Positions 24,521-32,000 of a stretch of 32,000 bases of DNA are shown here, piece by piece; positions within the stretch are counted from its first letter, which is position 1; every line of letters starts with the position of its first letter. The stretch comes from Candidatus Methanoperedens sp. (GTDB lineage: Archaea; Halobacteriota; Methanosarcinia; Methanosarcinales; Methanoperedenaceae): the NCBI GenBank assembly GCA_041494705.1, contig JBGQBI010000004.1, forward strand, positions 180,001 through 212,000. Direction: 5' to 3'. Below the pieces are notes generated by a model. The model made no database searches. It saw nothing but the letters and a program-made list of their open reading frames with translations, and was not told where the DNA came from. Position numbers and translations under genes: made by a program.

Positions 24521-26917
24521 ATGGGCAAATACATTGAAGTTCAGATATTAAATCTTATGCAGGAACATAAAGGGGAGCTGTTAGATGCGTTCCTGAAGGA
24601 AAAAGAGAAATCTCTTACCGGACAGAAAACCAAAACAGCTCAAACAAGAAAAATACAGACCATCCAGAAAACGCTCGGCGGTTCCCGGATATCGGTGATC
24701 CCCAAGGTGAGGACAACTGACGGGCATCTTATGGACTGGGACAGGAACACCATCGTCAAACAGCTTTTGAAGGAGACAAAACTCTGCGAGCAGTTCCACG
24801 GGATAGCGCCGATAAGCGAAGAGGAAGCAAAAGAGATTGCCAGGGAAACCGAGAAGAGAATAAAGGACATGGGCGTGAAATTCCTTTCAGGGCCGCTGGT
24901 GCGCGAACTGGTCAATATCATACTTCTTGAACGCGGGCATACCGAATGGCGAAATATCTCAACGAGGGTAGGCACGCCTGTTTTTGACGCTTACCGCATT
25001 GATATGGGCACGGGCTTTGAAGCCAACGACAATGCCAACCTCCAGGAGAATGCGGAGACAAGCCACAAGAAAAAAGCGGATAAGATGAGCAAGGAACAGT
25101 ATCTTCTCATGCTCCCGCCGCGGCTTGCGGACTCGCATCTCAACGGCGATATCCATATCCACGACCTTGAATACCTGGGAACGCGCGCTTTCTGCCAGGA
25201 CTGGGATTTGCGGTATTTCTTCTATTACGGATTGATGCCCGATGGCAGCGGCACAAAAGCAAGCGTGGCAGGGCCTGCAAAGAAAGCAGAGGTTGCGATA
25301 CTTCATGCAGTGAAAGCCCTTGGCAGCGCCCAGACGAATTTTGCCGGCGGGCAGGGATTCTATAATTTCCTGACATTTATGGCTCCATTTTTTGAAGGCA
25401 TGGGCTACAAAGAGATAGAGCAGCTCATGCAGATGTTCGTTTATGAAATGACCCAGATGATGGTGGCGCGCGGCGGGCAGCTGGTATTCTCCTCCGTCCA
25501 GTTGTCCCCCGGCGTCCCCAAACTCTGGCGCGATAAGCCTGTTGTTTATAAAGGGAGTGTCTGGGACGGTGTAATGTCCCCCAAACGCACATACGGGGAA
25601 TTCGAGCGCGAGGTCCGCCTCTCGTTTGAAGCGCTGATGAACGTTATGCTTGAAGGCGATTACTGGGGAAAACCGTTCAATTTCCCGAAACCCGAGATAA
25701 GCATCGAGCCTGATTTCATGGTGGAGGATGAGGAATTCAACCGCTCGCATCCTGATATTTTAAGCTACGACGAGCTTTATACGAAGGCGTTTGAACTTGC
25801 CGCCAAGTACGGAGCGCCGTATTTTGACAACCAGCTGCCTGAATACAGGGGCGCGGGGAAGGGCATAAGCTGCTACCAGTGCTGCGCATATAATTTCTCA
25901 TCATCGCTTGAAAAAGACTCCGAGTTTGATGATAAGCTTTATTTCAGGAACGGCAAGCATTTTTCAATGGGCGCCTGGCAGGTAGTATCGCTTAACTGCC
26001 CGCGGGCCGGGTACAAGGCAAAGAAGAACGACGAGGCGCTTTTTGCAGAACTCAGGCAGATGATGGATATGTGCATGGAACTCTTCAAGGTGAAGCGAAA
26101 GTGGATGGATATCGTTATCAAGAATAACAGGATGCCGTTCGCCACGCAAAGACCGAAGGACCCATACACCATGCAGCGCGGCGAAATTGCAGTTGATACG
26201 AAAGGGCTTGTTTATACTATTGGCGTGGTGGGCATCAATGAGATGGTGCAGCACCATACAGGGAAGCAAATCTATGAGAGCGAGGAGGCAAGGAGGCTTG
26301 CCATCCGCGCCATGTTCGAGATGAAGTTCTATGCAAAGGAACTCTCGGAGAAGCACGGCATGGAGATAGCGCTTGCAAGGACGCCTGCGGAGACGACGGC
26401 GCAGAGGTTTGCGGTCTCAGACCTGCTGCACAAGGAATACAGGAAGTGTGCAGAGCCGATAATCAAAGGCAATGTCCCGGAGGCGCTCTCGCATATCCAC
26501 GAGACGCGCGACCTGCCGGTATATTACACCAACGGCACGCATGTGCCCCCGGGTGCTGACGTGACGCTGCCGCAGCGCATCAAGCTTGAGGAGACTTTCT
26601 TCCCGATAGTGGACGGAGGGAATATCCTCCATATCTGGCTTGGCGAGGCTGCGCCTGACCCCCACGGGCTCAAGGAGTTCGCCATGAACATCGCGAAGAA
26701 CACGCAGGTGGGCTATTTTGCTTTCACGAAGGACATGACTGTTTGCATGGATGATTTCCATGTGGCGTCAGGACTGCTGGATGAGTGCCCCAACTGCGAG
26801 AGCGAGAATGTGGAGCATTTGAGCAGGGTGACGGGATATATCCAAGCTGTGAGCGGGTGGAATGAGGGGAAGAAGCAGGAGCTGAAGGACAGGAAGAGGT
26901 ATGGGGTGGGGGTGTGA
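24521..26917 (+). CDS. nrdD: anaerobic (class III) ribonucleoside-triphosphate reductase
   Basis: 798-aa ORF with an N-terminal ATP-cone-like segment ('VRTTDGHLMDWDRNTIVKQL'). The C-terminus has a zinc ribbon 'CPNCES' followed by the glycyl-radical motif 'SRVTGYIQAV'. Confidence 0.9.
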   Translation: MGKYIEVQILNLMQEHKGELLDAFLKEKEKSLTGQKTKTAQTRKIQTIQKTLGGSRISVIPKVRTTDGHLMDWDRNTIVKQLLKETKLCEQFHGIAPISEEEAKEIARETEKRIKDMGVKFLSGPLVRELVNIILLERGHTEWRNISTRVGTPVFDAYRIDMGTGFEANDNANLQENAETSHKKKADKMSKEQYLLMLPPRLADSHLNGDIHIHDLEYLGTRAFCQDWDLRYFFYYGLMPDGSGTKASVAGPAKKAEVAILHAVKALGSAQTNFAGGQGFYNFLTFMAPFFEGMGYKEIEQLMQMFVYEMTQMMVARGGQLVFSSVQLSPGVPKLWRDKPVVYKGSVWDGVMSPKRTYGEFEREVRLSFEALMNVMLEGDYWGKPFNFPKPEISIEPDFMVEDEEFNRSHPDILSYDELYTKAFELAAKYGAPYFDNQLPEYRGAGKGISCYQCCAYNFSSSLEKDSEFDDKLYFRNGKHFSMGAWQVVSLNCPRAGYKAKKNDEALFAELRQMMDMCMELFKVKRKWMDIVIKNNRMPFATQRPKDPYTMQRGEIAVDTKGLVYTIGVVGINEMVQHHTGKQIYESEEARRLAIRAMFEMKFYAKELSEKHGMEIALARTPAETTAQRFAVSDLLHKEYRKCAEPIIKGNVPEALSHIHETRDLPVYYTNGTHVPPGADVTLPQRIKLEETFFPIVDGGNILHIWLGEAAPDPHGLKEFAMNIAKNTQVGYFAFTKDMTVCMDDFHVASGLLDECPNCESENVEHLSRVTGYIQAVSGWNEGKKQELKDRKRYGVGV

Positions 26918-26975
26918 AATTTTTTACAATATATCTGAATTAAAAAGTTAATCAAACAAAGGGTAAAAATGAAAA

Positions 26976-28271
26976 ATGAAATTTAACAAATGTCATCTCC
27001 TTGATGCAAGAAATATTAAAGAAAAAATCAACGATGAAATCGTTGATGTGACGATAACTTCCCCTCCGTATTTCGACATGAAGGATTATGGACACAAGAA
27101 CCAAATTGGTTATGGTCAAGAATATGATGAATATTTGGAAGATCTTAAAAAGGTATTTCAGAATGTCTACGATGTAACAAAGGATACAGGATCTCTTTGG
27201 GTGATCATTGATACATTCAAAAAGAACAATGAAATTGTTCCATTACCATTTGATTTTTCAAATATAATAAAAAAAGTAGGTTGGAAACTTCAGGATATTA
27301 TCATTTGGAACAAAAACAAAACAGTTCCTTGGAGCAACAAAGGACAAACAAAAAACAAGTTCGAATACATTCTGCTCTTCTCTAAATCTAAAAATTTTAA
27401 ATATTATAGGGATCGTGTAAGAGAATACAATACTAAGTTTCTAAAAAAATGGTGGGTTAAATATCCAGAAAGGTACAATCCAAAAGGGAAAGCTTCTGAG
27501 GGAATATGGGATCATGATATCCCAACTCAGGGCTCTTGGGGTAATGGATATATTAAACATTTCTGCCCATTGCCTACAGATATGATTGGAAAAATGATTC
27601 TATTAACTTCTGATGAGAATGATGTTATTTTAGATCCTTTTGCTGGAACTGGTTCAGTTTTGGTACAAGCAGCATGCATGAAAAGAAAATATATAGGTTT
27701 TGAACTTAATGAAAATTATATTACAATGTTCGATAATTATCTTGAGAAATCTTTAGAGAAGGGTTCTAATGATTATAAGGTACTACAGAATGGGAAATAC
27801 GATCAAGAGATATTCGCTACAACAATTTTAAATCTGAGAGCATTAAAATTTGCAAAAGTTCTAAGAAATAAAATCAAGGGGGAACTTCAGGATCTCGTTG
27901 AATTAATATATGTTGAGATTTCAGAGAAAAAACCAAGTGGAAAACACAAAATTATAACGGTAAATTATGATATCATTGTTGATAATCAAAATTTTCTCGA
28001 ATGTCAGAATCCCGAAATAATTTCTTTAAATGAAGAGATAACGAACATAGTTTCAAATCCACCTTTATCTGGTTATGGAATTGAGGCATATTTTAGATAT
28101 AAATATAATAAAATATATTTATCGAATCGTTGTGCAAATAAAGATTTGTTCTTATACTCGTATAATGGTACTCATAAATATATTGGTAAGTTCAATCCTA
28201 AACATAAAATTAGTAAATTCACTATTATAAGTCCTATAAAAGTAGATTTAAACGAAGAAGATTTTGAATAG
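26976..28271 (+). CDS. beta-class N4-cytosine or N6-adenine DNA methyltransferase with ~180-aa C-terminal extension
   Basis: 431-aa ORF. Motif IV 'ITSPPYFDM' lies near the N-terminus and motif I 'ILDPFAGTGSVLVQA' near residue 220, so the IV-before-I order indicates beta class. The C-terminal region (about 250..431) has no recognised motif. The gene is AT-rich. Confidence 0.85.
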   Translation: MKFNKCHLLDARNIKEKINDEIVDVTITSPPYFDMKDYGHKNQIGYGQEYDEYLEDLKKVFQNVYDVTKDTGSLWVIIDTFKKNNEIVPLPFDFSNIIKKVGWKLQDIIIWNKNKTVPWSNKGQTKNKFEYILLFSKSKNFKYYRDRVREYNTKFLKKWWVKYPERYNPKGKASEGIWDHDIPTQGSWGNGYIKHFCPLPTDMIGKMILLTSDENDVILDPFAGTGSVLVQAACMKRKYIGFELNENYITMFDNYLEKSLEKGSNDYKVLQNGKYDQEIFATTILNLRALKFAKVLRNKIKGELQDLVELIYVEISEKKPSGKHKIITVNYDIIVDNQNFLECQNPEIISLNEEITNIVSNPPLSGYGIEAYFRYKYNKIYLSNRCANKDLFLYSYNGTHKYIGKFNPKHKISKFTIISPIKVDLNEEDFE

Positions 28272-28286
28272 GTTAGGTTAATAACT

Positions 28287-29999
28287 ATGTCTAAGAAAAT
28301 AAGAAGCAAGAGAAAGAAATTAAGCCCCGAAGAAAAAAAGAAAAGAAGAGAAGAGACAAAATTTAAGCAGGACATCAAAACAGTTTTTACTAACTCATCG
28401 TTTATTCAAATTCCTACAAGGCATGTACATTTTGAGTTCGTGGGACGGACTGGTGAATTAGATAACGTTTTTTTATTTGAAAATATTCTTATTCTATGCG
28501 AAGACACAACATTAAAAGATAATGATGATCTGAAGGGTCATTTATTAAAAACTGACGATTTTTTTGAGCATATTCGAAATCATAGTATAGAGTTTATTAA
28601 TTTATTGCAGACTAAATTTCCAGAATTTAATGAAAAAAAAAGTCTAAAATATTCTGATGTTGATTATAAATTATTTTTTCTGTATTGTTCGCGCAACCGA
28701 ATAGATAAGACATATGAGGAACGGCATCCCAAAATTAAATTCTTAGATTATCCCTATCTACAGTATTTTTTAAATTTATCCAAGACCATAAGTAGAACCA
28801 CTCGATTTGAACTTTTTAAATTCTTGGGATTAAATTTAAAAGAGATTGGATTACAAAAGAGTGGAGATGATAAGTGTACTTATAGCGGGTTTCTTTTGCC
28901 CGAATCTCCAAGTGGATTTCCGAAGGGATATAAAGTGGTTTCTTTTTTAATAGAACCCAGTAGATTGCTTGAACAATCTTATGTTCTAAGAAAAGATAGT
29001 TGGCGAGATAAGGATTGTCTGTATCAAAGATTATTGATTAAGAGAAAAATAAACAGCATGAGAGCATATTTAACAGACGAGAATAGAGTTTTTATTAATA
29101 ATATCATTGTAACTCTACCAAGCAACACAGAAATTTTTGATATGGATGGCAATCAATTGAAAGTTTCGCAGATATACCAAATGCAACTCATTAATATTCA
29201 ACTAGATAAAGAACTCAATACCATAGGCATAATAGATGGTCAGCATCGTGTATTTACCTATTATGAAGGGATGGATAGAGCTGAGAAACACATCAGTATA
29301 TTGAGAGATAAGCAGCATTTATTATTGACCGGTATTATTTATCCTGAAAATATAACCGATTTAGAAAAAACTAAATTTGAGGCAAAATTATTTTTGGAGA
29401 TAAATGACAAACAAGCTAGAGCTAAAGGCGATTTAAAGCAAGCCATTGAAACTTTAGTAGATCCGTTTTCACCAACTGCAATTGCAAAAAAAATAATAAT
29501 AAACCTCGGACAGACTGGCCATCTTACAAATTTACTTGAGGAACATTTCTATGACGTGGGAAAAATAAAAACAACATCAATAGTGAGTTATGGTATGAAG
29601 CATATCGTCAAATTAAGTGGTAATGATTCATTATTTAGTATTTGGTTAAACCCAGACAAAGAAAAATTGCTTGAACAAATGGATATAAAGTTGTTAGATA
29701 GCTATATTGACTTTTGCACAAAGGAAATTAATAATTTTATCTCAGGATTTAGAATGAATATACCTAAAGAGATATGGACACCTGATAAAAAAACAAGTAG
29801 AGTTTTAACTACTACAACGATTAATGGTTTAATATTTTGTCTTAGGAAGGTAATAGAAAATAAAAAGACTGGAGATATAGACTATTACAAAGAAAAATTT
29901 TCAAGCTTAGAACTTGATTTTACGCCAGAAAAATTTGGATACAAATCTAGTCACTGGAAAGGCTTGGGTGAGGAGATATATTCACAGTGTTTCAGCTAA
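28287..29999 (+). CDS. DGQHR-domain protein (DndB / ParB-like nuclease superfamily)
   Basis: 570-aa ORF starting 15 nt after the methylase stop. The eponymous motif is 'IGIIDGQHRVFTYY', followed by 'LFLEINDKQARAKGDL'. The N-terminal 25 aa are highly basic (MSKKIRSKRKKLSPEEKKKRREETK). Residues ~30..300 are unassigned. Confidence 0.75.
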   Translation: MSKKIRSKRKKLSPEEKKKRREETKFKQDIKTVFTNSSFIQIPTRHVHFEFVGRTGELDNVFLFENILILCEDTTLKDNDDLKGHLLKTDDFFEHIRNHSIEFINLLQTKFPEFNEKKSLKYSDVDYKLFFLYCSRNRIDKTYEERHPKIKFLDYPYLQYFLNLSKTISRTTRFELFKFLGLNLKEIGLQKSGDDKCTYSGFLLPESPSGFPKGYKVVSFLIEPSRLLEQSYVLRKDSWRDKDCLYQRLLIKRKINSMRAYLTDENRVFINNIIVTLPSNTEIFDMDGNQLKVSQIYQMQLINIQLDKELNTIGIIDGQHRVFTYYEGMDRAEKHISILRDKQHLLLTGIIYPENITDLEKTKFEAKLFLEINDKQARAKGDLKQAIETLVDPFSPTAIAKKIIINLGQTGHLTNLLEEHFYDVGKIKTTSIVSYGMKHIVKLSGNDSLFSIWLNPDKEKLLEQMDIKLLDSYIDFCTKEINNFISGFRMNIPKEIWTPDKKTSRVLTTTTINGLIFCLRKVIENKKTGDIDYYKEKFSSLELDFTPEKFGYKSSHWKGLGEEIYSQCFS

Positions 30000-30040
30000 T
30001 TTTTAACTTATTCAGGTTACTTTAATACGATAACCAAAAT

Positions 30041-30110
30041 CATGCTCCTAAAACAAACTGCGCCCCCCTCCTCGAAGAGCGACTCCACTGGCGCAGCCCC
30101 GCTGGCAACC
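30041..30110. repeat. GC-rich degenerate intergenic repeat, copy B
   Basis: Contains the core aaaacaaactgcgccc (30050..30065) and a 7-bp stem ctgcgcc/ggcgcag (30058..30064 and 30090..30096). It resembles copy A by eye (catg..aaaacaa.ct.gcgccc). Confidence 0.3.
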
Positions 30111-30204
30111 TTTCATCTGCGGTTTTTGATGTAGTTTTACCAACATCGTTTTTTGAGAAAGCGCCTTAAATTAATCGTGTTTGATTTATAAAAATTCAAG
30201 GCGC

Positions 30205-30300
30205 TTCATGGAATTCCAGCCCCCTTCAATCCCGTAACTCAACCTCGCCCCCTCCACTCCCGCAAACACACGGCGCCGCCAGACGAGCGCGGCGCCTTGG
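30205..30300. repeat. GC-rich degenerate intergenic repeat, copy C (left flank of hicBA)
   Basis: It starts ttcatg...tccagccccc (30205..30224), like copy D. It contains the core gcaaacacacggcgccgcc (30262..30280). A perfect 8-bp stem ggcgccgc/gcggcgcc (30272..30279 and 30289..30296) encloses a 9-nt loop containing agacg. Confidence 0.4.
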
Positions 30301-30368
30301 ATGGAACTGTAACTACTTACAATCGTAAGAGATGATTATATTTAGATAAAAAACATACAATAGCTACC

Positions 30369-30581
30369 ATGAGAACATTCCTTGTATCCATTCAGAAGGA
30401 AGACAAATTCTTTGTTGCAAGATGCCCTGAGCTTGGTGTAACCTCACAGGGAGAAACCCTTGAAGAAGCGCAGGCAAACATCAAGGAGGCCATCGAACTC
30501 TATATCGAAAGTTTCGGTGAAGACCTGCCTCGCGAGACATCCAAACCTTTCTGGACAACAGTTGAAGTAGCCTATGCCTAA
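30369..30581 (+). CDS. hicB: HicB-like antitoxin (UPF0150-type N-terminal domain)
   Basis: 70-aa ORF. 'FFVARCPELGVTSQGETLEEAQANIKEAIELYIE' is typical of the HicB N-domain. It overlaps the hicA start by 8 nt. Confidence 0.75.
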   Translation: MRTFLVSIQKEDKFFVARCPELGVTSQGETLEEAQANIKEAIELYIESFGEDLPRETSKPFWTTVEVAYA

Positions 30582-30801
30582 ACTGCCTGTAATATCTGGT
30601 AAAGAACTTGTCTCTGCATTAAAAAAGGCAGGATTTGTGGAAGTTCGTCAAACGGGCAGTCACGTTTCTCTTCAAAAAGTCACGCCAGAAATAACCTATA
30701 AAACTGTTGTTCCACTGCATCGGGAACTTGCAAAAGGGACACTTCTTGATATTCTTCATCAGACTGGTTTGAGTAGGAAAGACCTGCTGGAATTGCTTTA
30801 A
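30574..30801 (+). CDS. hicA: HicA mRNA interferase toxin
   Basis: 75-aa ORF. 'ISGKELVSALKKAGFVEVRQTGSHVSLQK' matches the YcfA/HicA dsRBD-like motif with the catalytic GSH. Confidence 0.8.
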   Translation: MPKLPVISGKELVSALKKAGFVEVRQTGSHVSLQKVTPEITYKTVVPLHRELAKGTLLDILHQTGLSRKDLLELL

Positions 30802-30900
30802 TTCATGAAGTGCTCTTAAAAATCCAGCCCCCAAAGCACTCACGCAATCACTGTTCTCCTCCATCCACCAAAACCCTCTGGCCTCCGCGAAAAGCACCCG
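30802..30900. repeat. GC-rich degenerate intergenic repeat, copy D (right flank of hicBA)
   Basis: It starts ttcatg (30802..30807) ... tccagccccc (30823..30832), in the same orientation as copy C. The downstream ctcctccatccacc resembles ccctccactcc in C and ctccatcc in A. Overall similarity is low and judged by eye. Confidence 0.3.
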
Positions 30901-31077
30901 TATATGGGATATGTGATTCATTCTAGATTGAGTACCGTATTTTAGGACGACAGGGAATAAATGCGGAGCAATTTGCCTGATTTATTCTGTTTTTGGAATT
31001 ATAATGACAACTGTTGCTGATTTCTGAACCGATATAAGTAATGAGTTATTTATCAGGTATCAGGTGATACAAAATGA

Positions 31078-31299
31078 ATCACATCAAAAGAAGGAATCGC
31101 CTTTGTCTCTGATAAAGGCAAAGTACAGAAAACAACTCCGGTTCTCAATACGTTGAAGGAGTGGCGTGAGTTTGAATACTCACGGGCACAGAAAACAACT
31201 CCGGTGCTTGAAACACTCGATGCAATGATAGCAAGAGCAGAGCAGGAATTGGCTGCTGAATCGAATAATGAACGAACAGTTAATTTTAGAGGTCGATAA
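31078..31299 (+). other. 73-codon open frame without ATG start, containing an in-frame internal repeat; possible small gene (TTG 31153) or gene remnant
   Basis: The frame is open from the TGA at 31075..31077 to the TAA at 31297..31299, 2 nt before the ATG of the dsrE-like gene. An 18-nt exact direct repeat acagaaaacaactccggt occurs at 31125..31142 and 31188..31205 (63 nt apart, in frame), encoding QKTTPVL twice. The only in-frame alternative start seen is TTG at 31153. Confidence 0.25.
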
Positions 31300-31301
31300 A
31301 C

Positions 31302-31631
31302 ATGACAAATTTATTATTAGTATTGTCCAAAGACCCGTATACAACCGAGATACCCAATCTCGTGCTGGATATCGGTTTAAATGCCAAGGCAAAGAAGGGC
31401 AACAACGTCTCCCTGTATCTTGTGGAGGACGGGGTTACCGCTGCAAGGAAAAGCGAATTCGGAAATAAACTTCAGGATGCTAAAAAGAAAGGCATCAGAA
31501 TTCTCGCAGATGATAAGGCTGTGCAGTCAAGAGGACTTGACGGCAACTTGGTTGCTGGCGTGGAAGTAAAGGAAATAGGCACCCTTCTCGACCACATAGT
31601 TGAGGACAACACGAGAGTGGCATGGTTCTGA
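31302..31631 (+). CDS. DsrE/DsrF/DsrH (TusBCD)-family small protein
   Basis: 109-aa ORF. The size and pattern fit the family ('LLLVLSKDPY', 'LYLVEDGV', 'ILADDKAVQSRGL'), and a second family member follows. Confidence 0.6.
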   Translation: MTNLLLVLSKDPYTTEIPNLVLDIGLNAKAKKGNNVSLYLVEDGVTAARKSEFGNKLQDAKKKGIRILADDKAVQSRGLDGNLVAGVEVKEIGTLLDHIVEDNTRVAWF

Positions 31632-31641
31632 GGTGATAGGA

Positions 31642-32000
31642 ATGGCAAACAACGGCAATAGCAAAACCTTAACAATCGTATCGATAAACGGACCATATCG
31701 CGATGAAGCGGCATATACACTCATCAGGCTCGCCCATGCTGCAAAGGAGAAGGGTATCAATGTCAACTTCTTCAACTACCTTGACGGTACAATAATCGGA
31801 CACCGTGACCAGGGACCGAAGGAGTTCCCTGTTGTGGAGTCACTTTTTGGCACAGTGCTCAAGAAGGGGCTTAAAAATCCTAAGACCGATGCAATCGCAT
31901 GCATAAAATGCACCGATGCCCGCGGTGTGACAAAACAGCAGACTGAAGGCGTAGTCATCGGCGGGTTATATGACCTCGGTGAATGGACAGCGGAATCGGA
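31642..32000 (+). CDS. DsrE-like sulfurtransferase-family protein, 3'-truncated by window edge
   Basis: Hand translation gives MANNGNSKTLTIVSINGPYRDEAAYTLIRLAHAAKEKGINVNFFNYLDGTIIGHRDQ...IACIKCTDARGVTKQ... The 'TIVSINGPY', 'FNYLDG' and 'ACxxCxxxRG' patterns fit DsrE/TusD-like proteins. An AGGTGAT motif lies 4 nt before the ATG. It is not in the ORF track because it runs off the edge. Confidence 0.6.
   Translation, partial: MANNGNSKTLTIVSINGPYRDEAAYTLIRLAHAAKEKGINVNFFNYLDGTIIGHRDQGPKEFPVVESLFGTVLKKGLKNPKTDAIACIKCTDARGVTKQQTEGVVIGGLYDLGEWTAES

Noticed and set aside
24959-25750. 263-aa ORF on the minus strand, plus other long antisense ORFs such as 25964..26356 and 26417..26761.
   Set aside because: They lie entirely inside, and antisense to, the well-supported nrdD gene. 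They are Arg/His/Leu-rich low-complexity translations typical of shadow frames in GC-richer coding DNA, with no motifs.
26918-30040. Flanking direct repeats of the methylase-DGQHR insertion (aattttttaca at the left edge versus aatttttaac at the right edge).
   Set aside because: The match is under 10 nt of A/T-only sequence, which is expected by chance in AT-rich DNA, so it is not usable as evidence for target-site duplication.
30619-30921. 100-aa ORF on the minus strand (MNHISHIRVLFAEARGFWWMEENSD...).
   Set aside because: It overlaps most of hicA in antisense, and its remainder is the translation of GC-rich repeat copy D. No motif is present.

Overview
The gene content points to an archaeal chromosome, probably a methanogenic or methanotrophic Methanosarcinales-like euryarchaeon. 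Supporting genes are a small CbiX/CfbA chelatase next to a Mur-ligase-like CfbE (F430 pathway), aTrm56, deoxyhypusine synthase, class III ribonucleotide reductase and a MobB-MoaE fusion. The GC-richer backbone also carries class II aldolase, LigD-type phosphoesterase, endonuclease III, an ATP-grasp enzyme, a radical SAM/SPASM enzyme, tRNA-Lys(CUU), a JAMM protease, two GcvH-like proteins, a HAD hydrolase, QueH, ArgRS, NrdH-like glutaredoxin, NrdD and DsrE-like proteins. Three DNA-methyltransferase-linked accessory modules interrupt this backbone. (i) 1..5957, strongly AT-rich, minus strand: a Dam-class methylase, then a tightly coupled operon of NurA-like nuclease, HerA-like ATPase, an unannotated 40-codon ORF, a 689-aa SMC/Rad50-like ABC ATPase and a further ORF running off the edge. 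I rate this the best candidate for an undescribed defence-type system. (ii) 17481..19525: a Dam-class methylase with a PD-(D/E)xK protein (type II R-M-like), followed by an AT-rich MPG/AAG-family glycosylase gene. (iii) 26918..30040, AT-rich, directly after nrdD: a beta-class SPPY methylase with a 570-aa DGQHR (DndB/ParB-like) protein and no dnd/ssp genes nearby. A hicBA toxin-antitoxin pair follows, bracketed by degenerate GC-rich repeats. Other items found by eye are an unannotated AbrB-like small gene, two heptamer-built hairpin repeats that create a false ORF start, a 98-aa protein with a ribosomal-stalk-like C-terminal tail, and a start-less open frame with an internal repeat upstream of the dsrE-like genes. 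I saw no CRISPR array, rRNA, transposase or integrase. All functional calls come from motif recognition by eye and gene context; no database search or computation was run.
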